Numbered from the stretch's first letter, positions 21,401 through 30,465 are shown. The stretch is 56,101 nt of DNA from Chloroflexota bacterium (GCA_947470025.1 CANIRU010000004.1:1-56101), one strand, 5' to 3'. Translations and numbers: made by a program. Notes: generated by a model not told the origin, from the letters alone.

Positions 21401-21850
21401 CAGGACGACCCACTGATCGCCGCTGGCTGGGCGGGCATCCTCGCCATCGCGTTCGGCGCGGTGCTGCTGCTCTCCGCGATCGGCTTCATCGTCTACTCGT
21501 ACCTCACGGCACAGCAGCGGGCGCTGGAGTTCGCGATCCTCCGCACGCTCGGCTTCTCGAGGCCACAGATTTTCTCCGTCGTCCTGTTCGAGCATCTCTT
21601 CGTGATCGTCGCCGGGATGGGCCTCGGCACGGCCGTCGGACTGCGCGTGGGGCGACTGATGCTCGCGTTCCTCGGCGTGGACGAACGAGGCGGGCAGGTG
21701 GTGCCGCCATTCATCCAGCGCATCTCGTGGACCGAAGTCTTCGTGGTGTGGGGGATTCTCGGTACAGTGTTCGTCGCGACGATCGCCGCGGTCGTCGCGC
21801 TCTACTTCCGGCTCGCGGTGAGCCGCGCGCTCAGGATCGGCGACGTCTAG
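18443..21850 (+). CDS. Large FtsX/MacB-like ABC transporter permease (two permease modules)
   Basis: RQAAEIATLRSRGA and RALEFAILRTLG FtsX motifs; multiple TM helices and large extracytoplasmic domains. Confidence 0.88.
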   Translation: MTSYRALPVLAIRRMLGNWRLLSSVVVGTLVAAAILSATAIYADAIRDLGLQYALRQQSPAALDVSILTSNVNVSTTAYPRSIARQDTAASNALRGSVGGVVRVATSATFYPAAPGQKPDPANQARPRANLIVRSQLQDEVAVVQGALPSAFTRGATGPVPVAIGEETAQSQNLRIGSTIDLFPFWDDKTEPLQVQIVGTLRAKDPGDRAWGTSGVGVDASTRGWPTYFLYVPDATLFGALLERLPTLSADYENRYSVRPDALNARIAIPVADGLSHLPTALAATETRPNVRSALEPVLRSFDQKLFFTRVPLLVLLLQIGGIVAYYLVMVSTMLIERQAAEIATLRSRGATTSQLLAQYGVEGAILAALAALAGPPIAALVVSSLGPTPSFAALSGGGPLPVHVGSGAYLLAGAGALLAFASLMFPAWRATRVTVLEFKRSAARPRPTPVLLRYYVDVLAVAVVALAFWRLSRENSLVSPSLFGTAKVDPFLLATPAVFMVTVGVVFLRLFPLVMRGIGWIVGKTKSVAVLIGVRSLVRNPTHYARLILLLMFATGVGMFGATFSATLDRSYEDRASYAVGADVRAGGIPNGGFAGDAEFLARIERVPADARSALTRLDGSVTKDKRQANVEVLGIDPKTFERVAFFRSDFADARLHTMLDVLDQNAAAPARGPMLPANARQLGVWVRMTDIRGRVVLGVSLRDAAGRVTNRQLGEARPGDPVTSEWTFFSADLTQPRSLSGGQIRETQPATGPFEVRGVFVVPTGAIANQRGVVQFGPALATASAPTSVVNPSLAISGIDVATTAWHDAVLVQDFTQAGFEAIQGTRPALLPDVARAATDAPPPGFASAMRYEWQDTGISPPLRGLRPVVDATPARVYLAAETAKRLEVDTGDTVTIGVGSRSVAAVVAGVFEYFPTYKPGESNGLAVLNGSRLSTAINSAMPDSPLGPNEAWFATRQSGATRDALKPFAPLTVETRDAVRAVQQDDPLIAAGWAGILAIAFGAVLLLSAIGFIVYSYLTAQQRALEFAILRTLGFSRPQIFSVVLFEHLFVIVAGMGLGTAVGLRVGRLMLAFLGVDERGGQVVPPFIQRISWTEVFVVWGILGTVFVATIAAVVALYFRLAVSRALRIGDV

Positions 21851-22815
21851 TGCAGTACCGCCCCCCGACTACGCAGGCACCGAGCACGCAGGCGATGCGC
21901 ACCCAGAGCGGGCGCATCGACCGGCCCGAGGCTGCCGAACCGCCGTACATCCACTGCGAAGACCTGTTCAAGATCTACAAGACCGATGACCTCGAGGTCG
22001 TCGCCCTGCGCGGCCTCGACCTGCGCGTGGCGCGCGGCGAGATGATGGCGATCGTCGGCGCGTCCGGCTCCGGCAAGTCGACGCTGCTCAACATCCTCGC
22101 GGGCCTCGACCAGCCCTCCGCGGGGCGCGTCACCGTCGGCGAGCGTGACCTGCTCACCACCGACGAGGCGGACCTGGTGCGCTACCGCCGCGTCGAGGTC
22201 GGGTTCGTCTGGCAGCAGACCGGCCGCAACCTCATCCCCTATCTCACCGCCGAGCAGAACGTCGAAGTGCCGATGATCCTCGAGGGCCGTCCGCGCGGCG
22301 AGACGCGCGAGCGGGCGCGGATGCTCCTCGATCAGGTCGGGCTCGGCGAGAAGCTGGCCAACAAGCCGCAGGAGATGTCCGGTGGGGAGCAGCAGCGCAC
22401 CGCGATCGCCGTCGCGCTCGCGAACGACCCACCGCTCCTCCTCGCGGACGAGCCGACCGGCGAGCTGGACAGCACGACTGCCGACGAGGTCTTCGCCGTG
22501 CTGCGCAGGTTGAACCGCGACCTCGGCGTGACGATCGTGATCGTGACGCACGACCGCCAGATCACCCAGCGGGTCGACCGCGTCGTCGCCATGCGCGACG
22601 GCCGCACGAGCACGGAGCTCGTCCGCCACGTGCAGTTCGCGCGCGGGACCGAGGCGAGCATCGACGAGTTCGCAGTCGTCGACCGCAGCGGCCGGCTGCA
22701 GATCCCGCGCGACTACCTCGACCAGCTCGACATCGGTGCACGCGCACGCATCGAACTCGCGGGCGACCACGTCGAGGTGCGTCCCGAGAGGCCCGGCGAC
22801 GGACGGCGCGCATGA
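21850..22815 (+). CDS. ABC ATPase (LolD/FtsE-like) with C-terminal AbrB-like extension
   Basis: GASGSGKST, MSGGEQQR, LADEPTGELD; tail VVDRSGRLQIPRDYL; GTG start overlaps the permease stop. Confidence 0.92.
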   Translation: MQYRPPTTQAPSTQAMRTQSGRIDRPEAAEPPYIHCEDLFKIYKTDDLEVVALRGLDLRVARGEMMAIVGASGSGKSTLLNILAGLDQPSAGRVTVGERDLLTTDEADLVRYRRVEVGFVWQQTGRNLIPYLTAEQNVEVPMILEGRPRGETRERARMLLDQVGLGEKLANKPQEMSGGEQQRTAIAVALANDPPLLLADEPTGELDSTTADEVFAVLRRLNRDLGVTIVIVTHDRQITQRVDRVVAMRDGRTSTELVRHVQFARGTEASIDEFAVVDRSGRLQIPRDYLDQLDIGARARIELAGDHVEVRPERPGDGRRA

Positions 22816-23609
22816 CCACTGCCTCGCAATCCGGACCGATGGTCGTCGCGGACCACCTCGTGCGCGTCTTCAGCGGCGGCGGCGGCGAGGTCACCGCGGT
22901 CAGCGACGTCTCACTGACCGTGCCGCGCGGCGAGTTCCTCGCGGTGATCGGGCGCTCCGGCTCCGGCAAGACGACACTGCTCAACCTGATCGCGGGCCTC
23001 GACACCCCGAGCAGTGGCACCGTCATGGTCGACGACCGCGAGGTGTCGAGCTTCAACGACGCGGAGATGACAGAGTTCCGCCGTCACACGGTCGGGTTCG
23101 TCTTCCAGTCGTTCGGCCTGCTGCCGCTGCTGTCCGCCGCGGAGAACGTCGAGCTGGCGTTACGCATCGCGGGTGCGGGCATCCGCGAGCGCGGCGAACG
23201 CACGCGAGAGCTGCTGCGCCTCGTCGGGATTGCCGAGCGGTCGAGTCACCGCCCGTACGAGATGTCCGGCGGCGAGCAGCAACGAGTCGCGGTCGCGCGC
23301 GCGCTGGCGAACTCACCTCGACTGATCATCGCCGACGAGCCGACGGGCGAGCTGGACAGCACGACCGGCGCGCAGATCTTCGAGCTGCTGCGCGGCGTGG
23401 CCCGCGAGGGCGTGACGGTGATCGCCGCGACGCACGACCCGTTCGTCATGGAGCACGCCGATCGCGTCCTCGAGATGTCGGACGGTCACCTGCTGCCGGA
23501 GGGTCAGGGCTCGCTCGTCGCGCAACACCGCAGTCCGCGCACGCACGAGACGCCGCCCGCGCCGCTGCCGAGCCTACACGTGCCGCCCGCACACCCGCCG
23601 CGTCGGTAG
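22812..23609 (+). CDS. ABC ATPase (LolD/FtsE-like)
   Basis: GRSGSGKTT, MSGGEQQRVA, IADEPTGELD, ATHD; ATGA overlap with the previous gene. Confidence 0.93.
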   Translation: MTTASQSGPMVVADHLVRVFSGGGGEVTAVSDVSLTVPRGEFLAVIGRSGSGKTTLLNLIAGLDTPSSGTVMVDDREVSSFNDAEMTEFRRHTVGFVFQSFGLLPLLSAAENVELALRIAGAGIRERGERTRELLRLVGIAERSSHRPYEMSGGEQQRVAVARALANSPRLIIADEPTGELDSTTGAQIFELLRGVAREGVTVIAATHDPFVMEHADRVLEMSDGHLLPEGQGSLVAQHRSPRTHETPPAPLPSLHVPPAHPPRR

Positions 23610-23634
23610 CGTCCGACACCCCTAAACTCCCCAC

Positions 23635-24243
23635 ATGCCGATCGTCCACATCATCTGCGCGACGCTGAAGGAAGACGCCTCCGAGGAGGCCGTCGCGCAC
23701 GCGCTGGCCCTCGGGCGCGCGCTGCCGAGCGCCGAAGGCGTGTGGCACACGACCCTGGGACGGTCGGTGAATCACCTCGTCGCCGCAACGTGGCTCGATG
23801 GGCGCGATGCGCTGGAGCCGTTCGCCGCGTCGCCCGTGCACATGGCCTTCATCATGCGCGGCCTCGCGCCCTGCATCCGCGGCATGTGGAGTGCCGCCGT
23901 CGAGAGCGAGGCGGCGCCACCCGCCACCGCCGAGTCGATGTGGGTCTTCGCGCTGCAGTCGCAGGAGACGCTCTTCGAGTGGCAGGTGCGCGACCTGTTG
24001 ACCGCCGTCGACACGCTCCCCGGTCTCGCCGCAGTCGGCGTGACCGTCGAGGAGCGCGAGCGCTACCGCGCCGGTGGCGTCGTGTGCCTCGTGCCCGGCG
24101 AGGCCGCGCCGTTCGACGACGCACTCGCCGCGGCGCGTGCGCAGTGGGGAGAGCTCGCCGAATCGATCGTCGAGTGCAAAGTCGAGGTGATTCCCCTACG
24201 TCCGACCACGGACAGGGACTCCAGCACCGCGCACGATCGGTAG
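23635..24243 (+). CDS. Dabb (stress-responsive A/B barrel)-like protein
   Basis: N-terminal IVHII..LKEDAS...ALEPFAASPVHMAF pattern; TAAACT 6 nt before ATG. Confidence 0.55.
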   Translation: MPIVHIICATLKEDASEEAVAHALALGRALPSAEGVWHTTLGRSVNHLVAATWLDGRDALEPFAASPVHMAFIMRGLAPCIRGMWSAAVESEAAPPATAESMWVFALQSQETLFEWQVRDLLTAVDTLPGLAAVGVTVEERERYRAGGVVCLVPGEAAPFDDALAAARAQWGELAESIVECKVEVIPLRPTTDRDSSTAHDR

Positions 24244-24858
24244 ATGATCTCGATGCAGGAGACGCCCCCGCCGTTCCACTCGCGCAGCCGGTCGCGCACA
24301 CGCCCTGCTCGACGTCGTCCGGAGCCGGACCTCGCGCCTGACCTGCAACGCATTCAGCGCCGCTTATCACGCTCCTCGATCGGGATCGCCGCTCTGATCG
24401 CCATCCTCAGCCTGACCAGCGCCGGACTGCTGCGCGCACGACAGTCGAACGACGTCATCCCACCGACTGCACCGGGCGAGGCGACCCCGGTCGAAGTCTC
24501 CCGCATCATCGATGGCGACACCCTCGACGTCCGCGCCGCCGAGACGACCATTCGCGTGCGCCTCTACGGCGTGAACGCGACCGAGCGCGGCCAGGCCTGC
24601 TATCGCGAGGCCACTGAGCGCCTGACCACCCTGGCAGGCAACCGGGTGCTGCTGCTACCCGACGCGCGCCAGACCGACCAGTACGGCCGCGAATTGCGTT
24701 ATGTCTTTACGGCCGACGGCCAGTCGATCGACGCTGCGCTCGTCCGCGATGGCCTGGCGAAGGCATGGCGCGAGGACGGCAGCCGCAAGGCGGCCCTTGT
24801 CGCCCTGGAGGATGCCGCGCGCACTTCGAAGACGGGCTGCCTCTGGAGCGGCAACTAG
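24244..24858 (+). CDS. Membrane-anchored thermonuclease (SNase family)
   Basis: TM helix then RIIDGDT, VRLYGVNATE, DQYGRELRYV, LVRDGLA, GCLW. Confidence 0.9.
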   Translation: MISMQETPPPFHSRSRSRTRPARRRPEPDLAPDLQRIQRRLSRSSIGIAALIAILSLTSAGLLRARQSNDVIPPTAPGEATPVEVSRIIDGDTLDVRAAETTIRVRLYGVNATERGQACYREATERLTTLAGNRVLLLPDARQTDQYGRELRYVFTADGQSIDAALVRDGLAKAWREDGSRKAALVALEDAARTSKTGCLWSGN

Positions 24859-24896
24859 CGACTCGATCCGTGCCTAATCGACACGGCGGAGATTCG

Positions 24897-25691
24897 CTAC
24901 TCGGACTTCGTCAGCTCGAAGATCAGGTCGCCGTTGTCCCAACGCACGATCTGGTACGGCGGAGTGCTGCTAATCCACGCGGTGCGGACTGCGCGACCGT
25001 TACGCAGCAGGATCCGCCACGTGTCGAACTTGCCCGCGGGCACCTCGACCTGCTCGCGCTGGGGGATGCGGATCGCGACGTTCTGCTGCGTGCGGTCAAG
25101 GGCGTTCGCGGAGACGTAAGCCTGCTCGTACTGCTCGGCGAAGGTGATGCCGCGCCAGAGCCACAGCGACGATTCGTTGTCGTAGAAGTGCGGCCGGAGC
25201 GTCAGCTCGCTCACTGATGGCTTGCCACCGTCGCGCTCCGAGCTGGTCGCGAGACGCGTCTTGTCACCCTCGGCGGTGTAGGTCCAGGTCGTGCGGGTGT
25301 GCTGCGCCTTGCCGCCCTCCATGCGGGCGTCCGTCGTGCGCGCACCCTGCAACGGCTTCAGCGTCTTCGCGTCCACCGTGACCGTGATCTCGTCGCGTAC
25401 AGGCGGCGCCCCGACGGGGGTCGTCGCCTCGGTGTACGACTGGCCGAGGACGAGGCGGTCGCCATCGATCTTCGTGGTGAGCACCCCGGTGCCGACGGCC
25501 TGGCCGTCGCTATTGCGCAGCCGGTACTCGAGGCGCTCGTTCGCTTTCCACGGCGCGGCAGTGAAGACGTCGCTGGTCTTCACGTTCGGCGTGGCGCCCT
25601 GGCACCCAGCCAGCAACATTGCCGCGGTGAGCACAGTGAACATCGAGGCAGCGCGGAGCGGCTGCCCTCGATTCACGCGTGGAGCGATCAC
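24897..25691 (-). CDS. Lipoprotein, DUF3108-like beta-rich
   Basis: Lipobox LLAGC; ERLEY; EQVEVPAGKFDTWRI motif; GTG start overlaps the ltaE stop. Confidence 0.65.
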   Translation of the reverse strand: MIAPRVNRGQPLRAASMFTVLTAAMLLAGCQGATPNVKTSDVFTAAPWKANERLEYRLRNSDGQAVGTGVLTTKIDGDRLVLGQSYTEATTPVGAPPVRDEITVTVDAKTLKPLQGARTTDARMEGGKAQHTRTTWTYTAEGDKTRLATSSERDGGKPSVSELTLRPHFYDNESSLWLWRGITFAEQYEQAYVSANALDRTQQNVAIRIPQREQVEVPAGKFDTWRILLRNGRAVRTAWISSTPPYQIVRWDNGDLIFELTKSE

Positions 25692-26728
25692 GAAGCGGCC
25701 GGGAGCGACTGCAGCACCGATGCGACGATCGGGATCGCGGCGTCGATATCCTCGCGCGAAACGTCGAGGTGACACACCATCCGTACGCGCTGCGGCGACG
25801 TGCCGGTGCACAGCACGCCCTGCGCCGCGCACCTCGCACGGAACTCGTTGCCATCGACCCCGTCGAGCTCGAAGAACACGAGGTTCGTGTCCACGCCTGC
25901 GGGGTCCATGATCACGTGCGGCATCTCGGCGATCGCCGCGAACAGCCGCTTGGCGTTGGCGTGATCATCGGCGAGCCGCTCGATGTTGTGCTCGAGGGCG
26001 TACAGCGCGCCCGCGGCGACGATGCCAGACTGACGCATCGACCCGCCGAGAAGCCGGCGGTTCGCCCGCGCGCGCTCGATGAACTCGGTCGGTCCTGTGA
26101 CCACCGAGCCAACCGGCGCGCCGAGACCCTTCGAAAAGCAGAAGTCCACGGTATCCGCGCTCGCGACCAGCGATTTCGCGTCCGTCTCCAGCGCGACCGC
26201 GGCGTTGAAGATCCGTGCACCGTCCACGTGCACCTGCACGCCCGCCGCGTGCGCGACGTCCGCCACTGCGTTCATGTCGCTGACGCTGATCGCCGCGCCA
26301 CCTCGACGGTTGTGCGTGTTCTCGAGGCACACGACGTTCGTGCGCGGCCACGCCGCCCGGATCGTCGAAGCGACCTGCGCCGGGTCGATGTGCCCGCGCT
26401 CGTCGTTGTGCACCGCGCGGATCGAGATGCCGCCGAGCGCGGCGGAGCCCATGCCCTCGTGGTTCAGGATGTGCGACTCATTGCCGGCGATCGCCTCGTC
26501 GCCACGCCCGCAGTACGTCAGCAGCGTGACGAGGTTGCCCATCGTCCCGCTCGGCACGAACAGCGCGGCGGCCTTGCCAACGACCTCGGCCGACAGCTCT
26601 TCGAGGCGCTTCACGGTCGGATCGTCGCCGAGCAGATCGTCGCCGACCTCGGCGCGTGCCATCGCCTGCCGCATCCCCTCGGAGGGGCGGGTCACGGTGT
26701 CCGAACGGAGATCGATGACGCGGGCCAT
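25688..26728 (-). CDS. ltaE: Low-specificity L-threonine aldolase
   Basis: IDLRSDTVTRP, VPSGTMGN, LENTHN, HVDGARIFNA, FCFSKGLGAPVGS, GGSMRQSG. Confidence 0.95.
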   Translation of the reverse strand: MARVIDLRSDTVTRPSEGMRQAMARAEVGDDLLGDDPTVKRLEELSAEVVGKAAALFVPSGTMGNLVTLLTYCGRGDEAIAGNESHILNHEGMGSAALGGISIRAVHNDERGHIDPAQVASTIRAAWPRTNVVCLENTHNRRGGAAISVSDMNAVADVAHAAGVQVHVDGARIFNAAVALETDAKSLVASADTVDFCFSKGLGAPVGSVVTGPTEFIERARANRRLLGGSMRQSGIVAAGALYALEHNIERLADDHANAKRLFAAIAEMPHVIMDPAGVDTNLVFFELDGVDGNEFRARCAAQGVLCTGTSPQRVRMVCHLDVSREDIDAAIPIVASVLQSLPAAS

Positions 26729-26830
26729 ACGTCGCTCCCTCGCGCGCTACGGCGCGTCAGCAGTCGAGGCGGTCGAATGAGCGAAGCGTAGCAGAGGGTC
26801 CGGTCAGGTTCCCGCGGAGCGTAAGGAGGG

Positions 26831-27265
26831 CTACTTCTTCTCTCGCTCCCAGAGCGTCTCGTAGCCCTCGCCGCCGCGGATCGCCGCGAGGATGTCGGCA
26901 CGCTCGAGGCGCTGGCCGTCGCGGAACGCAGAGTCGGCGGCGCGCCTCGACGGTTCGCCGCCGATGTCGGCGACGCGGTCTTCGATGAACGACCACACGC
27001 CCAGCTCGCGCATCACCGCGATCGGGCGCGGCCACTGGAAGACGGTGATCTGCTCCGGCGGCGGCACGTCGGGGCGCTCTTTGCGAAGGAAGCGATAGCG
27101 CTCCTCGGCGGAGGTGACCGGCGGGACCATGCTGATGTACGGACGCCCGTCCGCATCGGGACGCGTGTCGACGAGCAGACGCTGCTCGATCATCGCGAAG
27201 CGGACGACGAAGACGTCCGCTTCCGCGATCACGCGCCGCATGGCCTCGATGTCGATGTCCACCAT
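26831..27265 (-). CDS. Hypothetical protein (144 aa)
   Basis: Normal amino-acid composition; fills the gap between ccdA and ltaE; TAGACT 7 nt before ATG. Confidence 0.75.
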   Translation of the reverse strand: MVDIDIEAMRRVIAEADVFVVRFAMIEQRLLVDTRPDADGRPYISMVPPVTSAEERYRFLRKERPDVPPPEQITVFQWPRPIAVMRELGVWSFIEDRVADIGGEPSRRAADSAFRDGQRLERADILAAIRGGEGYETLWEREKK

Positions 27266-27308
27266 GCCGGACAGTCTAGCGCAGCACGACCCCCGGGCGG
27301 TCGGGGCG

Positions 27309-28097
27309 CTAGCCCACCTGATACGTGCGATCGAGGTAGGGAATGTGGATGAGCCCGGCCATCTGCATCCCGAGCACCATCAGCACGATGCCTCCGGCGC
27401 GCGTCAGCACGTCCCCTTGCCCTGCCAGCAGCTCACCGAGCAGTCCCGCCGAGGCACCCGCGATCGCGAACACGAGGGTGAACCCGACGACGAACGCGAC
27501 CGCGTGGCCCATCACGTGGATCCGACTGCGCCGCGCATCGCCGGTCTGTCCGAGCACCGCCTCGCCAGCGATGTTCACGAGGTAGGCCGGCACCAGCGGC
27601 AACACGCACGGCGAGAGGAACGACACCACGCCGCCGAAGAACGCGACTCCCGGTCCGAACCAGCCGCTGACGCTGCCGCTCAGTTGCTCCTCGGCGGTCG
27701 CCGTGCTCGAAAAGATGAAGCCAAGGCCCTGGAAGTACGCGTTGAGTCGAGTGAACTCGCCGAGGAACATGAGCGCGCCGACGAGGATGAAGAACGCGCC
27801 GCTCGCGATCATCAGCGCGGGGAGGTACGGGTTCAGCCGTCTCATCCTCGGCGAGAGCCAGCCGAAGGCGGCACCAAACGCGAGGAACCAGACGCCGAGG
27901 CCGAGCGAGTAGCACGTGAGCAGGAGCGCACCCTGCAGCGCCTGCCCGGACGCCGCCGCCAGCGTCAGCACGACACCGAGGATCGGCCCGATGCACGGCG
28001 ACCACGCGAGCGAGAACGCCGCGCCAATCACGAACGACCGAGGAAGCCCCTCCGCCACGAGGCGACGTAACCCCCGCGCGGGCGTGGCGCCAGTCAT
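27309..28097 (-). CDS. ccdA: Cytochrome c biogenesis/thiol-disulfide transporter CcdA, halves in reversed order
   Basis: AFSLAWSPCIGPIL occurs first and GVVSFLSPCVLPLVPAY second; ~6 TM helices. Confidence 0.88.
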   Translation of the reverse strand: MTGATPARGLRRLVAEGLPRSFVIGAAFSLAWSPCIGPILGVVLTLAAASGQALQGALLLTCYSLGLGVWFLAFGAAFGWLSPRMRRLNPYLPALMIASGAFFILVGALMFLGEFTRLNAYFQGLGFIFSSTATAEEQLSGSVSGWFGPGVAFFGGVVSFLSPCVLPLVPAYLVNIAGEAVLGQTGDARRSRIHVMGHAVAFVVGFTLVFAIAGASAGLLGELLAGQGDVLTRAGGIVLMVLGMQMAGLIHIPYLDRTYQVG

Positions 28098-28114
28098 CGA
28101 GTGGTCGTCATCGA

Positions 28115-28342
28115 CTACCCGTCGATCCCGAGGAGACGACGGCGGGCGGCGTCGTACTGCTCCTTGGCGCGAGCCTCTCGGTTCAACAGGCCCTTGATCT
28201 GCTCGGGCGGCAGTCGGTTGCCCTCGAGCAGCAGCGAGTGCACGCCGGCCAGGTGCTTCTGCCACTGGTCGTAGGCGTCGCGATACGCCCGCTTCGGATC
28301 GGCGCTCGCGGGAACCTCGGTCGGTTCGGGTTCGTCCACCAT
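28115..28342 (-). CDS. Small helical hypothetical protein (75 aa)
   Basis: Helical-looking composition; TACACT 6 nt before ATG; directly upstream of ccdA. Confidence 0.7.
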   Translation of the reverse strand: MVDEPEPTEVPASADPKRAYRDAYDQWQKHLAGVHSLLLEGNRLPPEQIKGLLNREARAKEQYDAARRRLLGIDG

Positions 28343-28383
28343 GCGGTCAGTGTAAACCGGACGACTGCCCTCGTGACGAGCGG

Positions 28384-29322
28384 CTAGTCCTCGAGCACAT
28401 ATCCGTGGTGGTAGCGCAGCACGGCTTCCCGATCGCCCGCGATGAGCGGGCCGCGCTGGTGCGCCGAGGTGATCGGGACGTCGAGGACGGACTGCCTGCC
28501 GTCCATGGCGTCACCGCCGGCGGCCTGCAGGATGAAGCCGATCGGGCAGATCTCGTAGAGCATCCGCAACTTGCCAGCGGGCACGCTCGCGTCCTCCGGG
28601 TAGAGGAACACGCCGCCCGACATCAGCACGCGCAGAATGTCCTCGACCATCGAGCCGCTGTAGCGGCCACGGAGGCCGTCGGACGCGAGGTCCACGCCGC
28701 GCACGACGCGCGCCGGCCAGCGGTCGCGGTACATCCAGTTGATCGACGCGTACTGCGCCCGCGGCATCCGGATGCCAGGCGACACCAGCCGCCACGATCG
28801 GTCCTCGGGGTCGAACGCGAAGCCATCGACACGGTCATTCGACGCGACGATGAGCATCGTCGGCAGGCCGTAGACGGTGAACGCGGCAGCGACGAGCCCC
28901 CGTCCGGTGACGTTGAACTCCGGATAGAACCCGCCCGACTCGTTCGCGTACACGCCGAGAATCGAACCGACGCTCGCGACGCCGATGTTCGACGATCCGT
29001 CGAGGGGGTCGAAGCAGCAGGTGTATGCCCCCTCGCCCAGCTCTGCCGGCTCGGGCTCTTCCTCGGAGATCAGTCGGGCGACCTCCGGGAGACGCAGGGC
29101 GTCCATGAAGATCGAGTTCGCGCGCTGATCGAGCTTCGCCGTCGCCTCATCCTGGACGTTCGTCTCGCCCGTCGCGCCCAGCAGGTCACGCAGCGGCGCG
29201 ACCGCGAGGAGATCGCGCAGGGACGCGCTGGCGCCCGCAAACCCCTGCAGGATCGCGCTGACGGGAGCGGGGAACCGGTCGCTCAGCGCGCTCGCGAGGT
29301 CCGGGAAGTTCGATTCGGGCAC
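28384..29322 (-). CDS. fbp: Fructose-1,6-bisphosphatase class I
   Basis: GETNVQDE..KLD, SEEE, FDPLDGSSNI, RYSGSMV, GGVFLYP, GKLRMLYE. Confidence 0.93.
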   Translation of the reverse strand: MPESNFPDLASALSDRFPAPVSAILQGFAGASASLRDLLAVAPLRDLLGATGETNVQDEATAKLDQRANSIFMDALRLPEVARLISEEEPEPAELGEGAYTCCFDPLDGSSNIGVASVGSILGVYANESGGFYPEFNVTGRGLVAAAFTVYGLPTMLIVASNDRVDGFAFDPEDRSWRLVSPGIRMPRAQYASINWMYRDRWPARVVRGVDLASDGLRGRYSGSMVEDILRVLMSGGVFLYPEDASVPAGKLRMLYEICPIGFILQAAGGDAMDGRQSVLDVPITSAHQRGPLIAGDREAVLRYHHGYVLED

Positions 29323-29360
29323 TAAGCAATCCCGTCAGCGTGAACAGTCTTGAAAAGGGA

Positions 29361-30308
29361 CTAGATGGAGAAGTCGCGCGTGCCCTCGTAGACCGCGAGC
29401 GCGTCCTGCACCGAGGAGCCGCCGTAGGTGATCGAGCTGATCGCCTTGGTCATGCGCACCGCCTCGGCGAGCGGCTTCTGGTGGATGTTGCGACCGGTCG
29501 CACTGCCCGCAGCGCCGCTGATGAAGATCTGGTCGTGCAGCGTCTGGAGGAACGACTCGACGTCCGTGCCTTCGCCGCCGGCGGTGATCAGGCGCGTGCG
29601 GCCCGCGGCCTTGGCGGCCTCGCGGAACGCCTCGGCGACGCTGCCCTCGCTGACCTTCGGGTAGTTCACCTTGCAGAAGTCCGCCCCGAGCGTGGCGGCA
29701 AGGCCCGCACACCCGGCGATCAGGTGCGGGTTGCGCTCGTCCGGCACGGCCTTGCCGCGCGGGTAGACCCACAGCACCGTCAGCAGACCCTCGCGGTGCG
29801 CCTCGTAGCAGAGCTGGGCCGCCCCGGCCATCTGCTCCGCCTCGTACTGGCTACCCGGGTACACGGTGTACCCCACGCCGACGATGTTGAGACCGGCCTC
29901 GCGCAGCGAGACGACCTGATCCACGGTCACCCAGTCGCGGCTGCGCGGGTCACCGATCGAGGTGCCGATGAGGTGCGTCTTGCTGTTCACCTTCACGAGG
30001 TAGGGAACGTCGCTGTAGTTCGGCCCGTAGCGCGCCACCAGGCCGAGCTGGCTCGCGAAGCAGCCGACCACGCCCTGCTGTGCGATGCGGAACAGGTGTT
30101 CCGGGTCGTTGTCGTCCTCGGCGATCGGCCCCTGCTTGGTGGTGCCGAAGAAGTCGTCGTTGAGGTGTTCGACCTTTTGGTCGCCCGCGAAGAGCGCCAG
30201 ATTGCCCGTGCCCTTGGTGATCAGTTGGAAGTTGGCCTCGTAGAGGCTCCGCTTATTGGCGGGAACATCGGCGGGAACGCTGAACTGGACGGCATTGGTC
30301 AGGGTCAT
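29361..30308 (-). CDS. Class I (DhnA/FbaB-type) fructose-bisphosphate aldolase
   Basis: AGDQKVEHLNDDF, YLVKVNSKT, VGYTVYPGS, LWVYPRG, LGADFCKVNYP, AGG, GRNIHQ; adjacent to fbp. Confidence 0.9.
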   Translation of the reverse strand: MTLTNAVQFSVPADVPANKRSLYEANFQLITKGTGNLALFAGDQKVEHLNDDFFGTTKQGPIAEDDNDPEHLFRIAQQGVVGCFASQLGLVARYGPNYSDVPYLVKVNSKTHLIGTSIGDPRSRDWVTVDQVVSLREAGLNIVGVGYTVYPGSQYEAEQMAGAAQLCYEAHREGLLTVLWVYPRGKAVPDERNPHLIAGCAGLAATLGADFCKVNYPKVSEGSVAEAFREAAKAAGRTRLITAGGEGTDVESFLQTLHDQIFISGAAGSATGRNIHQKPLAEAVRMTKAISSITYGGSSVQDALAVYEGTRDFSI

Positions 30309-30404
30309 AGTCACCCTCCCCGGGTGCAATGATTTGTTCGCCGCAGTGTAACAAAGGCGGCGAGGGCCGAGCGCCAACGCGCGCAGCCGCCTGCCTTTCG
30401 CAGC

Positions 30405-30428
30405 AAAACGGCCCTCCGAGGAGGGCCG
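30405..30428 (-). terminator. Intrinsic terminator-like hairpin
   Basis: Minus strand CGGCCCTC-ctcg-GAGGGCCG-TTTT. Confidence 0.65.
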
Positions 30429-30465
30429 CGTCACCATCACGATCGTGGGAGGGGAGGTGCGTGCT

